A DNA stretch of 28,610 nucleotides, from positions 1 to 28,610 of the forward strand of contig JAHCIE010000003.1 of NCBI GenBank assembly GCA_026129385.1, read 5' to 3'. The DNA is from Anaerolineae bacterium. GTDB lineage: Bacteria > Chloroflexota > Anaerolineae > Epilineales > JAHCIE01. The notes under the pieces are model-generated. The model did not search any database. It saw only the letters and a program-made list of their open reading frames with translations, and had not been told where the DNA came from. This document shows positions 8,822 through 16,558 of this stretch, in pieces (position 1 is the first letter of the stretch; every line of letters starts with the position of its first letter). A program made the translations under genes and the position numbers.

Positions 8822-9082
8822 ATGCTCGCCTGCATGGTGGCGTATAAAGACATCGACTTTGATGGCGTCTTGCCTCCCTACCACGTGCCAACCCTCGACG
8901 GTGACCGCAACCATGCCGCCGGTTGCTCCTCCTATGGCTCCTGCTTCGCCCTGAGCTACCTCCGTGATCTATACGACGCCGTAGACGGCAACCTTAACGG
9001 GCGCTGGGCGCTGCCAGCCGAAGGGGGGGCAGGTGGGTCAGTCGCCTGTTCCCCTGTGTGCGTTACAGGCTGTTGTCTCTAG
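8822..9082 (+). CDS. Small hypothetical protein with a Gly-rich hinge and a Cys-rich C-terminus
   Basis: 86 codons. The composition is protein-like (D/Y/N-rich, not the Arg/Pro/Ala bias of shadow ORFs). By hand count, roughly three quarters of the first 64 codons end in G/C. The ORF ends ...PAEGGAGGSVACSPVCVTGCCL. No family recognised. Confidence 0.4.
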   Translation: MLACMVAYKDIDFDGVLPPYHVPTLDGDRNHAAGCSSYGSCFALSYLRDLYDAVDGNLNGRWALPAEGGAGGSVACSPVCVTGCCL

Positions 9083-9196
9083 CGCAAGCAAGTGTGACAG
9101 CAGTGAGACTAACGGCCACATGGGGGAGCCGTGCGTCGGCAGTATAGCGGCCCTAAACATGACCGGGTTACGAAATATATATCAAATAGTCAGGCA

Positions 9197-9225
9197 TTGA
9201 CGAGGCGGCACAGTTGTTGTAAAAT
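9197..9225 (+). promoter_or_regulatory. Near-consensus sigma-70-type promoter upstream of the STAND regulator
   Basis: TTGACG (9197-9202), an exactly 17-nt spacer, then TAAAAT (9220-9225). It is preceded by an AT-rich patch (gaaatatatatcaaatag) that stands out in this GC-rich window. Confidence 0.45.
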
Positions 9226-9291
9226 AAGGGGGAAGCGCGCCGATCAGCAGCGAGACCGTGCCGCGCCGCCTGGACCGGATTACACAGTGGA

Positions 9292-12200
9292 ATGCTCGGC
9301 CGACCCTGGGGGGGGACTGTGTCGAAAGCGAACGCGCACTATCCGAGGCCGCCGCACCGTGTCCGCGAGCTTACGCCCAACACGCACCCCGTTCAACTGG
9401 CTGCGTCGGCGACCGCTCGCGGACAGCATGATCGAGCCTCAGCCAAGAACCTTCGCCACTTTCGCGGGCCAACCCGCATCCTCTCGCGCTCTGGCGCGCC
9501 CGATCGAGTCGACACCAGCGCCCTCAACAACCTGCCCCACTCGGCGACACCCCTGATTGGTCGCGATCATGAACTGACCGAGCTACGAGCGTTGCTCACC
9601 GAGTCGGGTGTCCGCCTGCTCACCCTGGCCGGCGCTGCCGGCGTCGGCAAGTCGCGCCTCGGCCTGGAAGTGGCCGCCTCGGCGCTGTCGGCCTATCCCG
9701 ATGGTGTCTGGTGGATCGACCTGGCTCACACGCCCGACGCCGTCGACGTTGTGGCCCGCATCCGAGCCGCGCTTCAGGTGGACGATGACGCCGACGAGTC
9801 AAGCGCCGCCGTGCTGTCGCACCTTGAGTCTAAGCACCTCCTGCTGCTTCTCGACAACTGTGAGCCGCTAACGCGCGCCACGGCCGATGTGGTCCACCAC
9901 ATCCTGGCGGCGGCTCGTGCCGTCACCATCCTCGCCACCAGCCGCGAGTCGCTGCACCTGCCCGGCGAGCGCATCTGGTACGCTCAGGCGCTGGCCGCCC
10001 CACCGCAAGCTGAACTCGCCATGAGCATCGATACCCTGCCGCCGGGCGACCAGGCCAGCTATGTCGCGAGGCTGGCCGAATACGACGCTGTCCGCCTGTT
10101 CGTGGAGCGCGCCCAGGCAGCGCTACCCGGCTTTGAGCTGACACCTTCGACGGCCGGCGTGGTCGGCGACATCTGCCGACAGTTGGAAGGCCTGCCCCGC
10201 GCCATCGTATTGGCAGCCGAGCGCAGCCGTGTTCTATCGGTCGGCCAGATTGCTACGACTCTCGGTGACCTGGTTCGCCAGCCCCGCCGTCGCGCTCACG
10301 CGGCCACCACGGCTGAACGTAGCCTACGCTCCGGCCTGGAATGGAGCCACGGACGACTTAGCCCCCTCGACCAGCGCGTCTTCCGCAACCTGGCCGTATT
10401 CGAGGGCAGCGCATCCCTGGAAGCCGTCGAGGCTATCTGCGCCCCCGGTGAGCTATCGGCCTTTGAAGTCCTCGACAGCCTGGTAGAACTAGTGGATGCC
10501 TACTTGCTGCGGGTCGAGAGCCAGCTGGGCGCCGCGCGCTATCAGTTGCCCATCCTCAGCCGCGCGTACGCGGCCGAAAAACTCACAGCCGTGGGCGAGG
10601 GCGACATCGTGCGCGCGGCCCATGCCGCCTTCTTCGCCAGCCTGGCCGAGACCGCCTTACCCCACCTGGACGGTCCGCAGCAGGGTCAGTGGCTAGAGCG
10701 GCTGGACCTGGACCGAGATAATCTACACGCGGCCCTGGCCTGGTCCCTCGAAGTCGAGGACGCCCAGACGGCGCTGCGCCTGTCGGCCTCACTATGGCCC
10801 TATTGGCAGGCGCGGGGCCTCAGCGGCGAAACACGCCAGTTCCTCGACGCTGCCCTGGCCCTGTCGGGCACAAGCGCGGCCGAGCTTCACCTCCGCACCC
10901 TCGACGGCGCGGCGGCCCTTGCCTATCTCCAGGGCAACGACGAGCGCGCCGAGGCCCTGCACACGCGCAGCCTCGCCCTCAAGCGCGAGCACGGCGACGA
11001 GGCCCGGCAGCCGTCTTCCCTGTGCGCCCTGGCTGCCCTCAGCATCGACCGGCGCGACTACGAGCGGGCGGAAACATTATGCCAGGAGGCCCTGACCCTG
11101 AGCCGGGAGCGTCGCGACCGCCGTGCCACGGCCTACGCCCTCCTTCTCCTCGGTCGGCTACGCCATGTCGGCTGCGACTACCACGCGGCAACCGCCCTGT
11201 TCGATGAGGCCGTCGCCGCGTACCGGGTGTTGGGCGACACGGGACGGCTGGCTCTGGCCTTGAGCGCACACGCCGCCACGGCGAGCGCGCAGGGGCGGCG
11301 CGACGAAGCGCGAATGCTCGCTGGTGAGGCGCTCGGCTTGCGGCGAGAGCTGCAAGACGAGATGGGCATCGCCGCATCCCTGGCCGACCTGGGCGCTCTG
11401 GCGCGCGACGGCGGTCACATGCATGATGCCGCCGAGTTACTGCACGATAGCCTGACCCGCTATCGCCACCTCCGCGCGCGAGCCGGCGCCGCCCGCGTGC
11501 TGGCCGACCTGGCGCTCCTGGCTATCTATCAGAGCGACCCCGCCCACGCACGGATGGCCTGCGCCGAGAGCCTGACCCTCTACGAGGAACTTGGCGCCAG
11601 CGACGGTATTGCCACGGCGCTGAGTATCCAGGCGCTCGTCGCGCTCCATGACGGCGACAATCCGCGCGCCCTGGCCCTGGCTCACCGAGCGCTAGCGATG
11701 CGCCGCACCCTGCGCGATCAACACGGCCTCGCGGAGTGCCTCGACATCGCGGCCGCCATCTACGCCACGACTGGCCCCCTGGAGAATACACCACAACTAG
11801 AGGGCATCGCAGCCGCCTTGCGCGAGGCCATCGGTGCGCCCCGCCCACCTGCCTTCGACGCTGATGTGCAACGTCGCCTATCCCCGGCGATTCGCGGCCT
11901 GGGTGAGGAGCCATATGAGGCCCTCCGCCGCCAGGCGCACCTCACCCCCATCGCGAGCCTTGATCAGCTGGCGTGGGCCGAGCCGGCAGTCGCGGCCTCC
12001 GAACCCCGCGCCACGCTGCCGCCCCCTGTCGTGGCGGTAGTCGCGCCGCCCGCGCCCCGTACCGACGACCCCGACCCCGATCTGCGCGTGCTGGCCCTCG
12101 GTCAGAGCAAGATCTATCGTAGCGGGCGACTGCTATCCACCGCCGACTGGACCTACGCCAAGCCGCGTGAGATGCTCTTCTTCCTACTGTCGCACCCGCC

Positions 12201-12840
12201 CCGCACCAAGGAGCAAATCGGCGTGATGTTGTGGCCAGACGCATCGCCCAATCAGCTACGCGCCGCTTTGCATCCGGCCCTGTATCACCTGCGGCGTACC
12301 CTGGGCGACCGTCAGCGCGTCGTAACCCGCCAGGATAGCTACTCATTCAACCCTGACATTCCCTACTACTTCGATGTCGACGAGTTCGAGACCCTCGTGA
12401 CGGAAGCCCGTCGCCACGCCGAGAAATCGCCCGGCCAGGCCATCGCGGGCCTCCAGGCGGCGGTGGCTCTGTATCAGGGTGACTTCCTCGCCGATGCGAC
12501 GGTTACCAATGAATGGGTACTCATCCGCCGCGAGGAACTGCGCCAGACCTTCCTGGAAGCGCTGCTCCTGCTGGGGCGACTGCTCTTCGAGGCGCAACGC
12601 TACACCGAAGCGGCGGATGTCTATCGGCGCGCCATCGCCCAAGATAGCTACCTGGAGGTCGCCCATCGCGAGCTGATGCGCTGCTATCAGCAGCAGGGCG
12701 AGATCAGTCGCGCCCTCAAGCACTATCAGAGCCTTGTGGAGTACCTCCGCGCGGAGATGTCATCGGTTCCCGCGCCCGAGACAACGGCTCTGTTCCAGCG
12801 CCTGGCAGCTCAGGTTGCGTATACACCTAGCGGCAAATAG
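9292..12840 (+). CDS. STAND-class transcriptional regulator: NB-ARC-like ATPase + TPR array + C-terminal SARP module (OmpR-type winged helix + BTAD)
   Basis: Walker A is GAAGVGKSRLG (about nt 9628-9660) and Walker B is HLLLLLDNCEP. The centre has long TPR-like repeats (ALLLLGRL..., ALADLGAL..., RVLADLALL...). The last 252 aa (nt 12082-12837), LRVLALG...WTYAKPREMLFFLL...LYQGDFLAD...EWVLIRREELRQ...YRRAIAQDSYLEVAHRELMRCY, match wHTH plus the Bacterial Transcriptional Activator Domain. The true start is uncertain because the first ~80 aa are Arg-rich and junk-like. Confidence 0.85.
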   Translation: MLGRPWGGTVSKANAHYPRPPHRVRELTPNTHPVQLAASATARGQHDRASAKNLRHFRGPTRILSRSGAPDRVDTSALNNLPHSATPLIGRDHELTELRALLTESGVRLLTLAGAAGVGKSRLGLEVAASALSAYPDGVWWIDLAHTPDAVDVVARIRAALQVDDDADESSAAVLSHLESKHLLLLLDNCEPLTRATADVVHHILAAARAVTILATSRESLHLPGERIWYAQALAAPPQAELAMSIDTLPPGDQASYVARLAEYDAVRLFVERAQAALPGFELTPSTAGVVGDICRQLEGLPRAIVLAAERSRVLSVGQIATTLGDLVRQPRRRAHAATTAERSLRSGLEWSHGRLSPLDQRVFRNLAVFEGSASLEAVEAICAPGELSAFEVLDSLVELVDAYLLRVESQLGAARYQLPILSRAYAAEKLTAVGEGDIVRAAHAAFFASLAETALPHLDGPQQGQWLERLDLDRDNLHAALAWSLEVEDAQTALRLSASLWPYWQARGLSGETRQFLDAALALSGTSAAELHLRTLDGAAALAYLQGNDERAEALHTRSLALKREHGDEARQPSSLCALAALSIDRRDYERAETLCQEALTLSRERRDRRATAYALLLLGRLRHVGCDYHAATALFDEAVAAYRVLGDTGRLALALSAHAATASAQGRRDEARMLAGEALGLRRELQDEMGIAASLADLGALARDGGHMHDAAELLHDSLTRYRHLRARAGAARVLADLALLAIYQSDPAHARMACAESLTLYEELGASDGIATALSIQALVALHDGDNPRALALAHRALAMRRTLRDQHGLAECLDIAAAIYATTGPLENTPQLEGIAAALREAIGAPRPPAFDADVQRRLSPAIRGLGEEPYEALRRQAHLTPIASLDQLAWAEPAVAASEPRATLPPPVVAVVAPPAPRTDDPDPDLRVLALGQSKIYRSGRLLSTADWTYAKPREMLFFLLSHPPRTKEQIGVMLWPDASPNQLRAALHPALYHLRRTLGDRQRVVTRQDSYSFNPDIPYYFDVDEFETLVTEARRHAEKSPGQAIAGLQAAVALYQGDFLADATVTNEWVLIRREELRQTFLEALLLLGRLLFEAQRYTEAADVYRRAIAQDSYLEVAHRELMRCYQQQGEISRALKHYQSLVEYLRAEMSSVPAPETTALFQRLAAQVAYTPSGK

Positions 12841-12909
12841 CCTGGCGGTCGTCCGAATGCAGTATCAGTTACGCAACATGCTTGTGAAGGCCCCGTTCAC
12901 GGCCAAAAT

Positions 12910-12960
12910 TCAAGCAGTTCCTCAAGCAGTTCCGCAAGCGGTTAGCATTACACTAAAAAT
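12910..12960 (+). promoter_or_regulatory. Three tandem 12-bp direct repeats (core CAAGCRGTT) followed by a -10-like TAAAAAT; candidate activator-dependent promoter of the downstream operon
   Basis: tcaagcagttcc (12910-21), tcaagcagttcc (12922-33), gcaagcggttag (12934-45), then 8 nt, then TAAAAAT (12954-60). No -35 hexamer is present. It lies 70 nt after the stop of the SARP-domain regulator and about 610 nt upstream of the NusG-paralog start. Confidence 0.45.
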
Positions 12961-13302
12961 TGAGTAGATGGTTCTTGTGTTGACCCTGGGGATAATCGCA
13001 CCCGCCTGGGTGCATACGTTGGGCCAGGACTGCCGGCGGGGGGCTGGTGGTGCGCCTGAGTGTAGATAGCCCTATGGAACACAAGCTTTCGGTCAATGGC
13101 GACCGCGGTGTCTAAATCGGGATAATGTCGGCCTTCACGCACCTCGCACTCCCGAGCCTATTCCCCCCTTGCCGCTGGCTCCTGCCCACGATGGCGTAAC
13201 TGAGCCTCAGTCGCCTGATCCTGACAGCGCGTCTGGATCGATGCCCTGTTCCCTGTTCTCGTCGCGATTATCCCGCGCGGGTATGGGTCCAGGCATCACG
13301 TT

Positions 13303-13322
13303 GGGCGCTGTTCCCAGCGCCC
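13303..13322 (+). other. Perfect 8-bp GC hairpin in the operon leader
   Basis: gggcgctg / ttcc / cagcgccc. No U-tract follows. Confidence 0.35.
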
Positions 13323-13377
13323 ACAACGAGCGTCGTGCGCTCGCCCATAGGTAGTACGCTCAGCGCGGCATAGCCAT

Positions 13378-13481
13378 GCACGCATGGGCGGAGCCTGCCC
13401 GGCGACCGCTACGCCCTATATAGCCTCTGGCGACCCCTGCCCCGTTCGGCCCCCAACCGGCACGGATGGGCGGAGCCTGCC
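13378..13481 (+). repeat. Two copies of a 22-23-nt element (GCACGSATGGGCGGAGCCTGCC) 81 nt apart in the leader
   Basis: Copies at 13378-13399 and 13459-13481 differ at one position over 22 nt. Both are non-coding by context, lying 90-190 nt upstream of the NusG-paralog start. Confidence 0.9.
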
Positions 13482-13568
13482 TGACGGCCTTAACCGTCTC
13501 CTTCATGCTTCACCCTGCTCACACAGCGACTCAATCCCTTTCACGACTGGCGAGGATAAGAGGACCTC

Positions 13569-14096
13569 ATGGGTATATCCGCCGTTGCACCCACCCACTC
13601 AGTTGATACCCCTACCTGGTACGCGCTCCACACCAAGCCCCACGCTGAGCAGCAGGTCACGACGGCGCTGCAAGCGCGTGGCTTCGAGACCTACCTGCCG
13701 ACGATCCCTGTCTGGCGCGCCCGGCGGCGTCAAACCGAGGCCGAGCCATTCTTCGAGTGCTACAGCTTCGTGCGGGTAGCCCTCTCGGTGGTGGGCCTGT
13801 CGGCCATTACCTGGGTGCCCGGCCTCCGCGCGGTCGTCAGCAGCGAGGGCCACCCCATCCCTATCGCACCCTCCGTCATTGACACGATCCAGCGCCACCT
13901 GGGCCACCTACCGCCTACCGGGCCGCGCCGCCTGGAGCCTGGGGATCGGGTCGAGATTACCACTGGCCCGCTGCAAGACCTGGAGGGCATCTTCCAGGGC
14001 CACCTGTCAAGTGTCGAACGCGCCCAGGTATTGGTCAACGTTCTAGGGCGAATGACCCGTGTCGAGATTCGGGAGAACTGGCTCAGGAGGATCTGA
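13569..14096 (+). CDS. NusG paralog (RfaH/LoaP/UpxY-like specialised antiterminator): NGN + KOW
   Basis: The NGN start is WYALHTKPHAEQQVTTALQARGFETYLPTI and the KOW motif is GDRVEITTGPLQDLEGIFQG. The protein is 175 aa. AGGATAAGAGGA lies upstream of the ATG. It is the first gene of a long polysaccharide-type operon, the classic position for specialised NusG paralogs. Confidence 0.85.
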   Translation: MGISAVAPTHSVDTPTWYALHTKPHAEQQVTTALQARGFETYLPTIPVWRARRRQTEAEPFFECYSFVRVALSVVGLSAITWVPGLRAVVSSEGHPIPIAPSVIDTIQRHLGHLPPTGPRRLEPGDRVEITTGPLQDLEGIFQGHLSSVERAQVLVNVLGRMTRVEIRENWLRRI

Positions 14097-14097
14097 G

Positions 14098-15171
14098 ATG
14101 CTCATCGCACGAGCGCCGGTCCGCATCAGCCTCGGCGGTGGCGGAACTGACCTGGCCGCCTACTATCGCCCCTACGGGGGTATGGTCATCAGCGCGGCCA
14201 TCGACAAGTACTTCTATACCTTCATCTCGCGCGGCGCGCAGGACGAGGGGGTGCAGGTCATCTCCTCCGACTATCGAACGTTCTACCGCCACGACCCGCG
14301 CCAGCCCTTCTTCTGGGATGGCAACCTGCAGCTGCCGCGCGCCATCCTGCACCACTTCGGCGTCGAGCGTGAGTACGATGTGTTCCTGGCGTCGGAGGTC
14401 CCGCCCGGCACCGGCCTCGGCTCGTCGGGCAGCGTGGCCGTCACGCTGGTACGCGCCCTGAGTACCCTATCCGACATCCCCATGTCGCGACAGGAAATTG
14501 CCGAGACCGCTGCGTACATCGAGATCGAGAAGATGGGCATGCCAGTCGGCAAGCAAGACCAGTACATCGCCGCCTTTGGCGGTGTGAAGGTGATCACCTT
14601 TGCCGCCGACGGTGTCACGGTTGAACCGCTCCAACTCGACGACACCACGCTGGAGCGCCTGGAAAGCCGTCTCATCTTGTTCTTCACCGGTAGCAGCCGC
14701 GAGTCGTCCAATATCCTGGAGCATCAGAAGCGGGCCAGCGAGAAGCGTGACCCTGCCGTCATCGATGCCCTGCACGCGATCAAGGCGCTGGCCCACAACA
14801 TGCGCAGCTTCCTTGAGTTAGGCGACCTGGACGGCTTCGGCCAACTGCTGGACGAGTCCTGGCATGAGAAGAAGAAGCTGGCCCCGAACGTTTCCTCGTC
14901 GGGCATCGACCGCTGGTACGCGCTGGCTCGCCAGCACGGCGCGGTCGGCGGCAAGGTGACCGGCGCGGGCGGCGGCGGCTTCCTGATGCTCTACTGCCCT
15001 GTCGATCGCCAGGCTGCCGTCACCCAGGCCCTGGAGGCCGATGGCCTCGTCCGCATGAACTTCCACTTTGACTTCCAGGGCGCAACCGTCCTCTTGAACA
15101 CCCTATCACGCACGAATGGAGTCCAGGCGCAGCCCTCATGGGCAACGGCGCGTATCGCCGCCCTCCGATAG
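14098..15171 (+). CDS. GHMP-family sugar kinase, D-glycero-D-manno-heptose-7-phosphate kinase (HddA)-like
   Basis: The N-terminus is ARAPVRISLGGGGTDLAAYY and GHMP motif II is PPGTGLGSSGSVAVTLV. The start is set at ATG 14098, one nt after the NusG-paralog TGA and preceded by AGGAGGA. The track start at 14059 would overlap the upstream gene. Confidence 0.8.
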   Translation: MLIARAPVRISLGGGGTDLAAYYRPYGGMVISAAIDKYFYTFISRGAQDEGVQVISSDYRTFYRHDPRQPFFWDGNLQLPRAILHHFGVEREYDVFLASEVPPGTGLGSSGSVAVTLVRALSTLSDIPMSRQEIAETAAYIEIEKMGMPVGKQDQYIAAFGGVKVITFAADGVTVEPLQLDDTTLERLESRLILFFTGSSRESSNILEHQKRASEKRDPAVIDALHAIKALAHNMRSFLELGDLDGFGQLLDESWHEKKKLAPNVSSSGIDRWYALARQHGAVGGKVTGAGGGGFLMLYCPVDRQAAVTQALEADGLVRMNFHFDFQGATVLLNTLSRTNGVQAQPSWATARIAALR

Positions 15172-15191
15172 TCCCCCCTAAGGAGGTGGTC

Positions 15192-15842
15192 GTGAGAGTC
15201 GTATTTCTCGATCGGGATGGCGTCATCAACGAGAACCGCCCCGATCACGTCAAGTCGTGGTCAGAGTTCCAGTTCCTGCCGGGCGCCCTCGAGGCCCTGC
15301 GCCTGCTACACGAGGCAGGCTGGCGGGCGATTGTGGTCACCAACCAGGCCATCATTCACCGCAACATCGTCCCAAGCGCCGCCGTGGACGACATCAACCA
15401 GCGGATGCGTGAGGCCGTCGAGATTCACGGTGGCCACATCGATGCCGTGTTGTACTGCCCCCACAGGCCTGAAGAGAACTGTGAGTGTCGCAAGCCTCGC
15501 CCCGGTCTGCTTCGGCAAGCCGCGACCCAATTCAACCTCCCGCTAGACCAGTGCTACATCATCGGCGACGCCTACAGCGACATTCAGGCGGGCCGCGCCG
15601 TCGGCTGCCGCACAATCATGGTGAAGACCGGTCGCGGCTTGCAGCAGATGATGACCGCGCCGCCCCTGTCCCTGCGCCCCCATCAAGTCGTCAGGGACCT
15701 CGCCGACGCCGCGACATGGATGGTTCGGGCCGAGCGACGCCGCCAGCTCTTGCATATCCCCGACTCGGACCTACCCATCGACGTTCCACCCATCACCCCC
15801 GTTAGCCTCTTCCCGTGGTCAAGCAACTCCAGCTCTACATGA
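15192..15842 (+). CDS. gmhB: HAD-IIIA sugar bisphosphate phosphatase, GmhB-like
   Basis: FLDRDGVIN (nucleophile motif), VVTNQ, and the Zn-loop [17 protein letters not shown] are typical of D,D-heptose 1,7-bisphosphate phosphatase. The GTG start at 15192 follows AAGGAGG. Confidence 0.75.
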   Translation: MRVVFLDRDGVINENRPDHVKSWSEFQFLPGALEALRLLHEAGWRAIVVTNQAIIHRNIVPSAAVDDINQRMREAVEIHGGHIDAVLYCPHRPEENCECRKPRPGLLRQAATQFNLPLDQCYIIGDAYSDIQAGRAVGCRTIMVKTGRGLQQMMTAPPLSLRPHQVVRDLADAATWMVRAERRRQLLHIPDSDLPIDVPPITPVSLFPWSSNSSST

Positions 15843-16558
15843 TGCGGCAGGCGGCGAGCCTGCGCTACTATCTCATCGAACAGACGATCATGACGCTCTT
15901 CGGGTGGATGCCAACCATCGTCGGCATTGGCCTGCGGAGCGTCGTGTATCGCCTGATTCTGCGCATGGACGGCACGGCCGCCATCGAGAACGGGGTGCGG
16001 CTGCGCTTCGCCAGCAACATCCACCTGGGCCACGGCGCGTACCTCGACCACGGCGTCTATCTACACGCCTGCCCCAACGGCATCAGCATCGGCCCACATA
16101 GCCTGGTGATGCATGGCTCCGTCCTGCACGTCTACAACTTCCGCCATATGCCGCATTCGGGCATCCGAATTGGTCGCGACAGCCTGATCGGCGAGTACAA
16201 CGTGCTGCGCGGTCAGGGCGGCATCAGCATCGGCCATCGGGTCTACACCTCACCCCTCGTCCAGATGCTGGCGGTCAATCACCTCTTCGACGACCCCACG
16301 CGGCCCTTCATCAGCCAGGGCATCACGGCCCAGGGCATCGTGGTGGAGGATGACGTCTGGATCGGCGGCGGCGCTATCATCACCGACGGCGTGCGCATCG
16401 GGCGCGGCGCGGTGGTGGCGGCGGGCGCAGTCGTGACGAAGGATGTACCGCCTCACACCGTCGTCGCCGGCGTCCCTGCCCGTATCGTTCGCCATATCGT
16501 TGCCAACGGCGCGCAGCCACGCGCCGAGACCGTGTATTACTCCGAGGGGGACGCATGA
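15839..16558 (+). CDS. Left-handed beta-helix (hexapeptide-repeat) acyl/acetyltransferase
   Basis: IGHRV..., [50 protein letters not shown] is the classic LbH C-terminus. ATG 15839 overlaps the gmhB-like stop (ATGA). An alternative in-frame start exists at 15815. Confidence 0.8.
   Translation: MMRQAASLRYYLIEQTIMTLFGWMPTIVGIGLRSVVYRLILRMDGTAAIENGVRLRFASNIHLGHGAYLDHGVYLHACPNGISIGPHSLVMHGSVLHVYNFRHMPHSGIRIGRDSLIGEYNVLRGQGGISIGHRVYTSPLVQMLAVNHLFDDPTRPFISQGITAQGIVVEDDVWIGGGAIITDGVRIGRGAVVAAGAVVTKDVPPHTVVAGVPARIVRHIVANGAQPRAETVYYSEGDA

Noticed and set aside
9131-9556. 141-aa track ORF upstream of and overlapping the regulator's 5' end.
   Set aside because: It spans the AT-rich promoter region and is Arg-rich junk for most of its length. 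Only its last ~40 codons (from ATG 9428) are considered, as a possible true N-terminus of the regulator.
12841-12860. ops-like GGCGGTCGTCCG near the start of the intergenic region.
   Set aside because: It shares only the GGCGGT prefix with the RfaH ops consensus GGCGGTAGnnTG. It also lies upstream of the putative promoter.
12910-12945. Possibility that the 12-bp repeats are a mini CRISPR array or a coding repeat (track ORF 12734..12967 reads AVPQAVPQAVS).
   Set aside because: The units are contiguous with no spacers and there are only three of them. The ORF is a read-through past the regulator's stop, with no RBS.
12988-13036. Cobalamin-riboswitch-like fragments: GGGGATAATCGCACCCGCC...GGGCCAGGACTGCC, and GGCGGAGCCTGCC in the leader repeats, loosely resemble the GGGAA / CCCGC / B12-box (GCCAGGAGACCTGCC-like) order. 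This was tempting because the operon encodes a B12-dependent enzyme.
   Set aside because: The matches are short and gapped and span about 50 nt rather than the ~150-200 nt of a real aptamer. The required helices are not evident, and GC-rich sequence produces such fragments by chance. Running cmscan with the cobalamin models over 12950-13568 would settle it.
13384-13779. 131-aa ORF starting on the ATGGGCGGAGCC repeat and running into the NusG-paralog gene. A shorter ~45-codon ORF starts from the second repeat copy at about 13466.
   Set aside because: Pro/Ser/Arg-rich, no RBS, and overlapping a well-supported gene out of frame. The shared ATG is more simply part of a nucleotide-level repeat.
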